Source: Myxococcota bacterium (lineage in GTDB: Bacteria > Myxococcota_A > UBA9160 > UBA4427). From it: DNA of 64,000 bases. Made by a program: the position numbers and the translations under genes. The stretch lies in contig JAYZFK010000046.1 in NCBI GenBank assembly GCA_036336835.1, positions 1 through 64,000 on the forward strand, read 5' to 3'. Positions within the stretch are counted from its first letter, which is position 1. Each line of letters starts with the position of its first letter. Under the pieces are notes generated by a model. That model was not told where the DNA came from, made no database searches, and saw only the letters and a program-made list of their open reading frames with translations. Positions 44,857-54,591 of the stretch are shown here, piece by piece.

Positions 44857-47558
44857 GACGCAGCCGCTCGCGCCTGCGCAAAGAAGTCGAGCGCGCTCGC
44901 TCGCTGGTACTCGCTGCGCACTGCGCACAGACGCACTCGTTCGAGCACGCTCGCCAGGCGGCGCGGACCGCCCGGGAACCGCTCGACCCGCCCGCCCATC
45001 CATACCTCGATCTCGTCGGCGGTCTCGAGCGAGCAGAATCCACTGACCGTCCGCAGCAGACCCGTCGCCCGAGGCAGCGTGACTGCCTCGATGATCGCGT
45101 CCTCGTGCTGCCGCACCCAGTCGAATACGTCCCGGCGCGCGGACCGTTCGGCTTGCCGCGCCTGCGTCGAAAGCACCGACAGGCGTTCGTTCGTGCGGAT
45201 TCGCGGGTCGAAGACGAGCGAACGAGCCCGCAGCACGAGCTGCGGGTCCCGGGCGTGGGCCAGTGCACGGAGCATCCGACCACGCACGATCGAATCCTCG
45301 CTCGCAAACAGGTGGGACCAGGCCGCGTCGAACTCCTCTTCACCCCCGTCCTCGACGGCAATGCGCGCCACCAGGGCGAGCAGCTCGGAAGACGCCGCGG
45401 TGGGATCGGGCTCCCCGGGCGGAGCCAGCAAATGCCTGCGTCCGCGATCGAGGGCCTGCTTGCGCAGCTCCGCGTCGCGACCGGTCACGGCGACAGCTCC
45501 GACCAGTGCGGCGCGCAGCAGCTTGCGTTCACCGTCGTCGCCCTCGACATCATCGAAGCCCAGGGCGCGGGCGCGCTGGCCGTAGAGTGCGCGCACGTAG
45601 CGCTCGACACTCGCCCGCTCGAGCTCCGTCGTCGCGAGATGTCTGCGCGCCTCGCGCAGCAGGCGCAGCGGCGCCGTGGCAACGGGCCGTGCCGGGTCGT
45701 TTGCCAGCTTGCTGAGCGACGTCAGGACTTCGGCAGCCGGCATGGCTCCCGCTCGATACGCCGCATCCAGCGCATCCGCGACCGACATCCGCTCGAGCAC
45801 CGAGAGCTGGGACCAGCCGCCGTCGAGCAGCGCCGCCAATCTGTCGGCCGGAAGCGACCAGCGGTAGTAGCCGGTCGCGCCGGGGTTCGGATGGAGCCAG
45901 GCACGACAGCGATCCTCGACCACGATCCCGCCGGGGGCGTCCAGCAGCGTGCAGTCGCTGCGGCCGGCTGGACACACAGGGACGCCCCATACGCGGTCGG
46001 GATCGAGGGTCGAGCCGAGCGGTACGTAGCGCGACTGCGCAACACGCCACTCGAAGAGCTCGCTCCCCGGCGCGTCGATCGGTCCGACGCAGCGGACTTC
46101 GACGGCGAGCATCGGGAGGCCGGCCTGGTCGAGGAAGCTGCCCATCGCCTTCGCCAGCGGCTCGCCGAGCTCGACTTCGATTGCCGCCAGGAAGTCGTCG
46201 CTGGTGGCGGTTCCGGCCGCGTGGCGGGCGAGGTATGCGCGCACCACGTCGCGGAAGGTCTCCTCTCCCGCCGCGGCCTCGAACATCGCCAGCACGGCAC
46301 CGCCCTTCTGATAGGTGATGGGGTCGAAGGCGTTGCGGATGTCGTGGCTCGAGTGGATCGGCTCCCGGATGCGGCGTGCCGTCGCCAACGAGTCCGCCCG
46401 CATCGCGGCATGGGTCGACCCGATCCGGCGCAGATCGCTTCGATGCTCGGGGTACAGCTGGTCGATCGTCTTCGCCGCGAGCCAGGTTGCGAACGATTCG
46501 TTCAGCCAGATGTCGTCCCACCACGGCATCGTGACCAGATTTCCGAACCACATGTGCACCAGCTCGTGCGCCATTACGCTGGCAAAGGCGCGACGCTGGC
46601 GCACTGGCGCGGTCTCGGGATCGACCAGCAGCAGGCCGTCGCGAAACATCACCAGGCCGACGTTCTCCATCGCGCCAGCGGCGAAATCCGGTACCGCCAC
46701 GACGTCGAGCTTGGCGAATGGATAAGCCGAGCCGGTATAGGCTTCGATCGCCTCCAGGATCGCGGGAGTCGCTGCGAGTGCGAAGGCCAGCTCGCCGCCG
46801 CGCCCGCGCGGCGCGACACCGCGCAGCGGCACGGGGTGCGCCCGAACGGCGCCCGGCGGGATCGGCGGCGCCTCGACGACGTCCAGCGGGCCCACCGCCC
46901 ACGCCATCAGATAGGTCGGAAGCGGCGGCGTGCGCGCAAAGACGCGGCGCACGCGTCCGTCTTCGAGACTCTGCGTCTCGACCTCGGGTGTGTTGCCGAT
47001 CGCGGTCACATCCGGCGGGACGATGAGACTCACGTCGAAGGGCACCTTGAACGCGGGCTCGTCGAAGCCCGGGAAGGCGCGACGCGCGTCGATCGGCTCC
47101 AGCTGCGTAAAAGCGTAGGTGTCCCCGCCGCGTTCAACGCGGTAGAGGCCTCGCAGTCCCGGCGAGAAGGCGGCATCCCACGCGAGCACGAGACGCGCAC
47201 GACCAGGGCCGATCGACTCGCCGAGTCGGAGCGCGGCAACGCCCGTCGGATCCGCGTCCTCGAAGGCCACCGCAACGCGTCGTCCGTCCTCGAGCTCGGC
47301 GTACGCGGTGCTCACCGCGAGGTCGAGCGCGTGCAGCCAGACGACTGAGCGCGCGCGATCGAGCTCGATCTCGATCTCGACGCGACCGGCGAAGCGCGGC
47401 TTCGCCGGATCGATCTCGAGCTCGAGTCGGTAGCCGAGCGGCCGCGTGTCGACGGGCAGCCGCCCGGTCGGCGCGGGCTCGCGCTGCGCCGGAGACGCAC
47501 AGGACACGAGCAGGCACAGAGCGGTCAGACCGGCGCGTGCCCCTTGCTCACGGTCCAT
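44853..47558 (-). CDS. M1 family aminopeptidase (ERAP/PepN-like), probable lipoprotein
   Basis: TQLEPIDARRAFPGFDEP, GAMEN, HELVH…NES, YQKG; lipobox LVSC. Confidence 0.93.
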   Translation of the reverse strand: MDREQGARAGLTALCLLVSCASPAQREPAPTGRLPVDTRPLGYRLELEIDPAKPRFAGRVEIEIELDRARSVVWLHALDLAVSTAYAELEDGRRVAVAFEDADPTGVAALRLGESIGPGRARLVLAWDAAFSPGLRGLYRVERGGDTYAFTQLEPIDARRAFPGFDEPAFKVPFDVSLIVPPDVTAIGNTPEVETQSLEDGRVRRVFARTPPLPTYLMAWAVGPLDVVEAPPIPPGAVRAHPVPLRGVAPRGRGGELAFALAATPAILEAIEAYTGSAYPFAKLDVVAVPDFAAGAMENVGLVMFRDGLLLVDPETAPVRQRRAFASVMAHELVHMWFGNLVTMPWWDDIWLNESFATWLAAKTIDQLYPEHRSDLRRIGSTHAAMRADSLATARRIREPIHSSHDIRNAFDPITYQKGGAVLAMFEAAAGEETFRDVVRAYLARHAAGTATSDDFLAAIEVELGEPLAKAMGSFLDQAGLPMLAVEVRCVGPIDAPGSELFEWRVAQSRYVPLGSTLDPDRVWGVPVCPAGRSDCTLLDAPGGIVVEDRCRAWLHPNPGATGYYRWSLPADRLAALLDGGWSQLSVLERMSVADALDAAYRAGAMPAAEVLTSLSKLANDPARPVATAPLRLLREARRHLATTELERASVERYVRALYGQRARALGFDDVEGDDGERKLLRAALVGAVAVTGRDAELRKQALDRGRRHLLAPPGEPDPTAASSELLALVARIAVEDGGEEEFDAAWSHLFASEDSIVRGRMLRALAHARDPQLVLRARSLVFDPRIRTNERLSVLSTQARQAERSARRDVFDWVRQHEDAIIEAVTLPRATGLLRTVSGFCSLETADEIEVWMGGRVERFPGGPRRLASVLERVRLCAVRSEYQRASALDFFAQARAAAS

Positions 47559-47985
47559 CGCCGGGATCCGCAGCGAGCCGACTCGATGCGATGTAAATCC
47601 ACGCGCCGAGCTGGCCGAACACGGCAATTCCCGCGTAGTCCCAAGCGAGATCCTCGAGGTCGAAGGAGCGATGACGCACGGCGAGCTGCGAGAACTCTTC
47701 GAGCGTGCCCAGCAGCACGACCAGCACGCTGCCCTTCTGGATGGCCAGCGGTCCGAGTCGCCAGTGCGCAGCGCGCAACGAAAGATTCAGCAGCAGCGCC
47801 ATGGTCCCCCCCAGGACGAAGTGCACGGTCTTGTCACCGCCGGGAACCGAGCGGACGACGGAGAGCAGCTGGGGAATGGCCCGCCCGCTATTGGCGACCA
47901 CGATCAAACCGATCAGGAACAGACCGTACGCGGCCGTCAGCAGCAGGAGCCGTCGATCTAGCCCCTCCACTCTCGAGTTCGCCAC
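47548..47985 (-). CDS. VanZ-like membrane protein
   Basis: DKTVHF, EEFSQ…R.FD..D; four TM helices. Confidence 0.75.
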   Translation of the reverse strand: MANSRVEGLDRRLLLLTAAYGLFLIGLIVVANSGRAIPQLLSVVRSVPGGDKTVHFVLGGTMALLLNLSLRAAHWRLGPLAIQKGSVLVVLLGTLEEFSQLAVRHRSFDLEDLAWDYAGIAVFGQLGAWIYIASSRLAADPGDGP

Positions 47986-48080
47986 CTGCCCCCCCTTGAC
48001 CCTGCGAGGCCTGGGCTCCGCCGATCGGATGCCGGAGCATACCGCGCCAGACCGCGCGGGGACGGGAGTAGAATCGACCC

Positions 48081-50429
48081 ATGCCGCGCGGCTTCATCCT
48101 CCAGCCGACGTATCGGGTGCGGCGAGGCATCCCGGTGGTCCAGCTGTTCGGACGCCTCGAAGGCGGCGGCTCCTTCCTCGTGGAGGACGATCGCTATCGT
48201 CCTTACTTCTTCATCGCCGACCAGCATCGCGAGGCGCTGCGCGACGAACCCGAGATCGTCTGCGAGCCCACACGTCTGCACGATCTCGCGGGTCGGCGGG
48301 TGGCGCGCGTCACCGTGGGGGTCCCGGCCAAGCTGCCGCCACTGCGCGACCGGCTGATCGCCCGCGGCTGCGCGACATACGAGGCAGACGTCCGCTTCCC
48401 CTATCGATTCCTGATCGACCTGCGCGTACGGGGCGGAATCGAAATCACGGGCGACACCCGAACGCTCGACGGCGGTCTCCAGCTCTTCCGCAATCCACGG
48501 CTGGCTCCGGCGCACGACGTCCGGGTCGAGCTCTCGGTTCTGTCGCTCGACCTCGAGACGACGCTGGACGCCGGCACGATCACATGCGCTGCTCTGGTTT
48601 CGGGCGACGGCCACGAGGAAGCACACCTGCTCGCCGCCAGGCCGCCCGAGGGCCGCCCGGTACGCGCACACGCCGATGAGCGGAGCCTGGTCGAGGCGCT
48701 CGTCACGCGCATCCGCGAGCTCGATCCCGACGTGCTCGTGGGCTGGAATGTGATCGACTTCGATCTACAGGTGCTGGCGCGCCGCTGCGAAGCACTCGGT
48801 GTCGAGTGCGAGCTCGGACGCATCCCCGGCACGATCGGCTTCCGCCAGGACGCCAACTTCACGCGCGACGGACGAGCGGACATCCCGGGACGCATGGTGC
48901 TCGACGGCATCCCACTGGTGCGCGACGCGATCCGTCTCGAGGACTATCGCCTCGAGACGGTCGCCCGACACCTTCTCGGGCGCGGCAAGCTGATCGAAGA
49001 GCACGGTGCGGGGCGAGGCGACGAGATCCAGCGGCTGTACCGCGAGGACCCGGGTGCGCTGGTCGACTACAACATCGAGGACGCGCGGCTGGTGATCGAG
49101 ATCCTGCAGCAGGAGGGCTTGCTCGACCTCACGCTCGAGCGCTCGTTGCTATCGGGCATGCAGCTCGATCGCGTCGGCGCGAGCATCGCCTCGTTCGACC
49201 TCGTGTACCTGCCGGTGCTGCGCGAGCACGGGTTCGTGGCGCCGAGCGTCGACCGCGAGCGAAAACAGGCTCCAGTGCGCGGCGGCGCCGTCCTCGCCAG
49301 CGTGCACGGACTGTTCCGAAACGTCGCGGTGTTCGACTTCAAGAGCCTGTACCCGAGCCTGATCCGAACCTTCCAGCTCGACCCGCTCGCTCATGCACTG
49401 GCCGACCAGCACGATCCAGCCAATGGAAGCGACCCTCCGATCGTCGCTCCCAACGGCGCCCGCTTCGCGCGCGAGCGCGCGATCCTGCCCGAGATCATCC
49501 AGTCGTTCGCCGCGCGACGCGAGGCGGCCAAGGCGCGCGGCGACCGCCACGCCGATCAGGCGATCAAGCTCATGATGAACTCGATGTTCGGCGTGTTGGG
49601 GTCAGCGTCGTGTCGCTTCTTCGATCCCGACGTCGCGAACGCGATCACGAGCTTCGGACAGCAAATGCTTTCGTGGACGCGCGAAATCGTCGAGGCGCGT
49701 GGCCTGCGCGTGCTGTACGGCGACACCGATTCGATCTTCGTCGAGCTGAGCGCGCCCCACGCCGAGCCGGAGGCCGCGCACGATGAGGCGGAGGCGCTGC
49801 GACGCTTCGCCGAGGCGGCGGTCGAGGAGCGCATCCGCGATCACTACGCGGCCGAGTCACAGCTGGTGCTCGAGCTCGAGTACGTATACGAGCGCTTCTT
49901 CCTGCCGCAGGTGCGCGGCGGACGGGGAGGCAGCAAGAAGCGCTATGCCGGCAGCATCGGCGGTCAGCTGGAGCTGGTCGGGCTCGAGTCCGTGCGTCGC
50001 GACTGGCCGCGACTCGCTGGGCGCCTGCAGCAGGGCCTGCTCGAGCGGCTGTTCCGCGACGAGGACCCGCTTCCGTTCGCCCGCGAGCTGGCGGACCAGC
50101 TGCGCGGCGGATCGCTAGACGAGGAGCTCATCTACACCAAGCGCCTTCGCAAAGGATCGCTCGAGCGCTACACGGCCGCGACGCCGCCCCACGTGCAGGC
50201 GGCGCGCAAGCTCAGCGAGCGCGGCGGGGTTCCGGGGGGCGTGATCCGCTACGTCGTCACGCAGCGGGGTCCGGAGCCGATCGCCCCCGGCGACCCGATC
50301 CCCGCGGACATCGACCGCACGCACTACCTCGAGAAGGTAATGAGACCCGTCGCGGATGCGATCCTGCTCGAGGTCGAGCAGAGCTTTGGCGACGCACTCG
50401 GCGAGGCGAAGCAGCTGAGCCTGCTGTGA
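48081..50429 (+). CDS. polB: DNA polymerase II (family B)
   Basis: Exonuclease DLE, GWNVIDFD, YNIED; polymerase DFKSLYPS, KLMMNSMFG, YGDTDS, KKRY. Confidence 0.95.
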   Translation: MPRGFILQPTYRVRRGIPVVQLFGRLEGGGSFLVEDDRYRPYFFIADQHREALRDEPEIVCEPTRLHDLAGRRVARVTVGVPAKLPPLRDRLIARGCATYEADVRFPYRFLIDLRVRGGIEITGDTRTLDGGLQLFRNPRLAPAHDVRVELSVLSLDLETTLDAGTITCAALVSGDGHEEAHLLAARPPEGRPVRAHADERSLVEALVTRIRELDPDVLVGWNVIDFDLQVLARRCEALGVECELGRIPGTIGFRQDANFTRDGRADIPGRMVLDGIPLVRDAIRLEDYRLETVARHLLGRGKLIEEHGAGRGDEIQRLYREDPGALVDYNIEDARLVIEILQQEGLLDLTLERSLLSGMQLDRVGASIASFDLVYLPVLREHGFVAPSVDRERKQAPVRGGAVLASVHGLFRNVAVFDFKSLYPSLIRTFQLDPLAHALADQHDPANGSDPPIVAPNGARFARERAILPEIIQSFAARREAAKARGDRHADQAIKLMMNSMFGVLGSASCRFFDPDVANAITSFGQQMLSWTREIVEARGLRVLYGDTDSIFVELSAPHAEPEAAHDEAEALRRFAEAAVEERIRDHYAAESQLVLELEYVYERFFLPQVRGGRGGSKKRYAGSIGGQLELVGLESVRRDWPRLAGRLQQGLLERLFRDEDPLPFARELADQLRGGSLDEELIYTKRLRKGSLERYTAATPPHVQAARKLSERGGVPGGVIRYVVTQRGPEPIAPGDPIPADIDRTHYLEKVMRPVADAILLEVEQSFGDALGEAKQLSLL

Positions 50430-50475
50430 GCTCGCTTCCAGCGTCGCGCGCGCGGCCTGTCCTATCGTCAGGAGG

Positions 50476-51825
50476 ATGGTGGCCCGGGCCTTTTGCTTCA
50501 TCGCTGTCGGATTGATCTCGGGCTGGACCGCCGGCTGCGCTGAGGACGCGGGCCGTTCCGCGGATCCGCGCCCCAACATCGTCCTGATCGTGGTCGACGA
50601 TCTCGGCTGGGACGACTTCGGCACCGGCGCGGCGGCGGACCTGCGGACGCCCCACATCGATGCGCTGGCAGCCGGGGGGGTGCGCTTCACCAGCGCGTAC
50701 TCTGCCGCGCCGCTCTGTAGCCCCGCCCGGGCCGGGCTGCTGACGGGGCGTTACCCGCAACGCTTCGGACACGAGAACAACACCGGCTCGGTCGGGCACC
50801 AGCACGACGCGCGCATCGGGCTTGCGCTGACCGAGCGCACGCTGGCCGATGCGCTCCGCAGCGTCTCCTATGCCACCGGCATGATCGGCAAGTGGCACCT
50901 GGGCGTTCGCCAGGAGTACCACCCGATGCGGCGCGGATTCCAGGAGTTCTTTGGGTTCCTGGCCGGCCACCACGCCTATCATCAGTTCAGCGAGAAGCCC
51001 CACAACCCGATCCTGCTCGGCTTCGACCCGATCCGAGGAAGCGGATACCTGACGGATGCCTTCTCGCGCCAGGCGGTCGCTTTCGTGGACCGACACGCCC
51101 ACGAGCGCTTCTTCCTGATGCTCGCGTACAGCGCAGTGCACGAGCCGCTGGTCGCGGATCCGGCCCGGGTGGCGCGCCTTCCCGAAGGACCGCGCCGCGA
51201 TTTCGCAGCCGTGCTCGCGGCCGTCGACGACGGTGTCGGGGAGCTGGTAGCGAGCCTGCAGCGACATGCGATCGAAGACGAGACGTTGATCGTGCTGACG
51301 AGCGACAACGGTGCCAGCGGTGCGGGCGCCGGTCTTCGGGGCGGCAAGGCCTCCCTCTACGAGGGCGGCGTTCGCGTCCCGCTGATCGCGCGCTGGCCCG
51401 GCCGGCTCCCCGGTGGAATTCGCTATGCAGAGCCGGTCTCGACGCTCGATCTGTTCGCGACCGCGAGCGCCGCGGCTGGGGTCGTCGCTCCCGACGGGAG
51501 CGCCCCGCTCGACGGCATCGATCTGCTGCCCTACGTCCGAGGCGAGATCGACGGAGCACCCCACGAGACGCTCTACTGGCGCGTCGGAGGTCAGCACGCG
51601 ATGCGCGCCGGCCACTGGAAGCTGCACTGGCGCGATGGCCGGGCTTCGACCCTATACGACCTCGCGGCCGATCCCGGGGAGTCACGCAACCTCGCGGCGG
51701 TCCATCCCGAGCGGGTGCGCTCGATGCATACGGCCTATGCGCAGTGGGAAGCGCCGCTCGAACAGCCGGCCTGGGAGTGGTTGCCCGGACAACCCGGAGC
51801 GACGCTCACCCCGGCCCCGAAGTGA
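50476..51825 (+). CDS. Formylglycine-dependent sulfatase (lipoprotein)
   Basis: Lipobox TAGC; PNIVLIVVDDLG, CSPARAGLLTGRY, GKWHLG, SDNG, GGK…YEGG. Confidence 0.92.
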   Translation: MVARAFCFIAVGLISGWTAGCAEDAGRSADPRPNIVLIVVDDLGWDDFGTGAAADLRTPHIDALAAGGVRFTSAYSAAPLCSPARAGLLTGRYPQRFGHENNTGSVGHQHDARIGLALTERTLADALRSVSYATGMIGKWHLGVRQEYHPMRRGFQEFFGFLAGHHAYHQFSEKPHNPILLGFDPIRGSGYLTDAFSRQAVAFVDRHAHERFFLMLAYSAVHEPLVADPARVARLPEGPRRDFAAVLAAVDDGVGELVASLQRHAIEDETLIVLTSDNGASGAGAGLRGGKASLYEGGVRVPLIARWPGRLPGGIRYAEPVSTLDLFATASAAAGVVAPDGSAPLDGIDLLPYVRGEIDGAPHETLYWRVGGQHAMRAGHWKLHWRDGRASTLYDLAADPGESRNLAAVHPERVRSMHTAYAQWEAPLEQPAWEWLPGQPGATLTPAPK

Positions 51826-52834
51826 CTCCGAGCTGAGTCGCCGCCCGGGCTCGATGATAACGGGCGTCTCCGTATTGACGTTCCAGGACCAGGACCCGCT
51901 TCATCCACATGTGAGCGTGGTACTCGTAGGTGTAGGCGATCGCGCCGTGGCACTGGAGTGCCGTGCGAAAGCACAGGTGAGCAGCGTCGCCGGCGAGGGC
52001 TTTGGCCGTGGAGACGTCGAGCGGCGTGCGCTCGCTCTCGTGCTGGATCGAGTAGGCGGCGTGGTAGACGGGCGGACGCGCGACCTCGAGCTTGGTATGC
52101 GCGTTTGCCAGGTGGTGCTTGACTGCCTGGAAGGCGCCGATCGGCTGGCCAAACTGCACGCGGCCCTTGGCGTACTCGACGGTGAGGTCGATCAGCTGCC
52201 GGCCCAGTCCCAAGAGCTCTGCGGCGGCCGCCGCCGCGCCCCGATCGAAAGCGCGCCGGGCCGCAGCGCGTCCCTCGCTGCCGCTCGCGATGCGCGTCGC
52301 GTCGCTGGGCTCCCAGGCGACGTGATGAGCGCGCCGTCCTCCGTCGACCGATTGCTGCCGCGTGAGCTTGACCGCGTCCGGAGCGACGGCGTGGATCTCG
52401 TCGCCGTGTTGAAGCAGCAGCAGGTCGGCCGACGCGGCGTGCGCCACGACTGGGCTGCAGTCGAGCCCGATGGCCACGCGTGCCTCGCCGGCGGCGATCT
52501 TCGGCAGCCACTGGTCGGCGACCGGTCCCGCGAGTTCGGCCAGCAGCGGCGCCCCAACCGCGACGATGTCGGCGATCGGCTCGGGCACGGCGTGGCGGCC
52601 GCACTCCTCGAGCAGTAGCACCAGATCGATCGGACCGAGGCCGAGGCCGCCATGACTCTCGGGCGTCGTCAGCCCGAGGATCCCGAGCTCCGCCAGGTGG
52701 TCCCACAGCCCGGCGACGCTGCCGGTCTCGGTCTCCCACGCGTCGGCGAGCGCTTCGTGCGGGCACTCCTTGGCGAGCAGCTCGCTCACCGCCTCCTGCA
52801 TCAACCGCTGATCTTCCGAGAGCTCGAACTCCAC
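51806..52834 (-). CDS. Acyl-CoA dehydrogenase, non-catalytic partner (FadE32-like)
   Basis: EFELSEDQ, EECGR, RVQFGQPIGAFQAVKH, LQCHGAIAYTYE, WMKR. Confidence 0.88.
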   Translation of the reverse strand: MEFELSEDQRLMQEAVSELLAKECPHEALADAWETETGSVAGLWDHLAELGILGLTTPESHGGLGLGPIDLVLLLEECGRHAVPEPIADIVAVGAPLLAELAGPVADQWLPKIAAGEARVAIGLDCSPVVAHAASADLLLLQHGDEIHAVAPDAVKLTRQQSVDGGRRAHHVAWEPSDATRIASGSEGRAAARRAFDRGAAAAAAELLGLGRQLIDLTVEYAKGRVQFGQPIGAFQAVKHHLANAHTKLEVARPPVYHAAYSIQHESERTPLDVSTAKALAGDAAHLCFRTALQCHGAIAYTYEYHAHMWMKRVLVLERQYGDARYHRARAATQLGVTSGPG

Positions 52835-52838
52835 GGCG

Positions 52839-54011
52839 CTATTTCCTCGGCATGCCGAGAATCCGCTCGGCGACGATGTTGCGTTGGATCTCGCTGGTAC
52901 CGCCCCAGATCGGGTTCGCAAGTCCGAACAGGTAGTCCTTCATCCAGCGACCCTGATCGAGGCCCACTTCCGAGTCTCCCAGCAGCTCGGCGGCCGGGCC
53001 GGCGATGTCGAGCGCGGTCTCGTGGATGTCGATGTCGAGCTCGGACCAGTGGAGCTTCATCACGCTCGACTCGGCACCGGGGTCCACGCCCTGCTCGATG
53101 CGCGTCGCCGTCCACAGTCCGTACAGGCGGTAGGCCTCGGCCTCCATCCAGCGCTGGGCCACACGGTCGCGCAGTGCCGCGTCGACGAGCTCCGGGCTGC
53201 GGCGCGCGAGATCGACCAGCCGGTCCGCCATCGCCATGAAGCGCCCGGGACTGCGCAACGTGAGTCCGCGCTCGGGACCGGTGGTTGCCATTGCGATGTA
53301 CCAGCCGCGATCGACCTCGCCCAGTACGTCGCGATCGGGCACGAAGGCGCCGTCGAAGTAGACCTCGGCAAAGCCTTCCTCGCCGTCGAGCTTGTTGATC
53401 GGCCGCACCGTCACGCCGTCGATGTTCAGATCGACGAGGAAGTAGCTGAGCCCCTTGTGCCGCACCGACTCGGGATCGCTGCGGAACAGACCGAACGTCT
53501 TGTCGCTGAACGTGCCGCGGGTGGTCCAGGTCTTGGCGCCGTAGAGTTTCCAGCCGGACTCCCCGCCCGGGCCTTCGGCGCGCTCGGCGCGCGAGGTCAG
53601 GGCCGCCAGGTCGCTGCCAGCACCGGGCTCCGACCAGCCCTGGCACCACAGCTCGTCGGCGCCCGGAATCTTCGGCAGCACGCGTTGCTTCTGCTCATCA
53701 GTCCCGAAGTGGAAGAGCGCAGGCGCTAGCAGGAAGATGCCATTCTGGGTCGCGCGCTGCGGGCCCCCCGCGCGGTAATACTCCTCCTCGAAGATCAGCC
53801 ACTCCATCAACGTGGCGTTGCGGCCGCCGTACTCTTCGGGCCAGTCGACCACCGCAAGGCGCTCGGCATACAGCTTCTTCTCCCACTCGACGTGCAGCGG
53901 AAAGCCCTCCGCCGAATCCAGGGGCGGCAGCCCGCGCGGGACGTTCGCCTCGAAGAACGCGCGGCACTCGGCGCGGAACTTCTCCTCTCGCTCGCTGTAT
54001 CGAAGATCCAC
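52839..54011 (-). CDS. Acyl-CoA dehydrogenase, catalytic subunit (FadE31-like)
   Basis: WPEEYGGR…WLIFEEEYYRAG, WCQGWSEPGAGSDLA, ERGLTLRSPGRF, IWGGTSEIQRNI. Confidence 0.9.
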   Translation of the reverse strand: MDLRYSEREEKFRAECRAFFEANVPRGLPPLDSAEGFPLHVEWEKKLYAERLAVVDWPEEYGGRNATLMEWLIFEEEYYRAGGPQRATQNGIFLLAPALFHFGTDEQKQRVLPKIPGADELWCQGWSEPGAGSDLAALTSRAERAEGPGGESGWKLYGAKTWTTRGTFSDKTFGLFRSDPESVRHKGLSYFLVDLNIDGVTVRPINKLDGEEGFAEVYFDGAFVPDRDVLGEVDRGWYIAMATTGPERGLTLRSPGRFMAMADRLVDLARRSPELVDAALRDRVAQRWMEAEAYRLYGLWTATRIEQGVDPGAESSVMKLHWSELDIDIHETALDIAGPAAELLGDSEVGLDQGRWMKDYLFGLANPIWGGTSEIQRNIVAERILGMPRK

Positions 54012-54100
54012 GCTGCCTCCTGAGCTGGCCCTGGCCTTGAAGGGGGCGTGAACCATACCGGAGTGGGCCCACTGCGCGCCGGGGAGGTACCCTCCAGGCC

Positions 54101-54586
54101 GTGTGCGACTACCACGAGATCGCGAACCTGGTCTACGAGTACGGCTACCGCGTCGACGCCGGTGACTTCGAGGGTGTAGGGCAGCTGCTGGCCGACGCCC
54201 GACTGATCGCCGACGGGACGCCGATGGACGTGAGCGGCGCCGACGCCATCGCCCGCCACTACGAGAGCACGACACGCCGCTACGAGGACACGGGGACCCC
54301 GAAGACCAAGCACGTCTTCACCAATCTGCAGATCGAGATCGACGAGGCCGGCGGCACCGCGCGGGGCAGGGCCCACTACCTGGTGCTCCAGCAGACGGAC
54401 GTGCTGCCGCTCCAGCCCATCATCACCGGGCGCTACGAGCACCGCTTCGAGCGGCGCGGCGGCTCGTGGCGCATCACGCGGAAGAAGTTCTTCGTCGACC
54501 AGGTCGGCGACCTCAGTCACCACCTGCTGTTCGATCTCGCCTCTTCCCAGACAGACGCCCCAGCCGAATCCTCTGGAGCGAGCTAG
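54101..54586 (+). CDS. SnoaL/NTF2-like protein
   Basis: IANLVYEY…DAGD, TKHVFTN, GRYEHRF…WRI. Confidence 0.82.
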   Translation: MCDYHEIANLVYEYGYRVDAGDFEGVGQLLADARLIADGTPMDVSGADAIARHYESTTRRYEDTGTPKTKHVFTNLQIEIDEAGGTARGRAHYLVLQQTDVLPLQPIITGRYEHRFERRGGSWRITRKKFFVDQVGDLSHHLLFDLASSQTDAPAESSGAS

Positions 54587-54591
54587 CCGCG

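Noticed and set aside
48081..50429. Phage, casposon or other mobile-element family B polymerase
   Set aside because: Looks like ordinary cellular Pol II; no integrase, cas1, terminal repeats or phage genes nearby.
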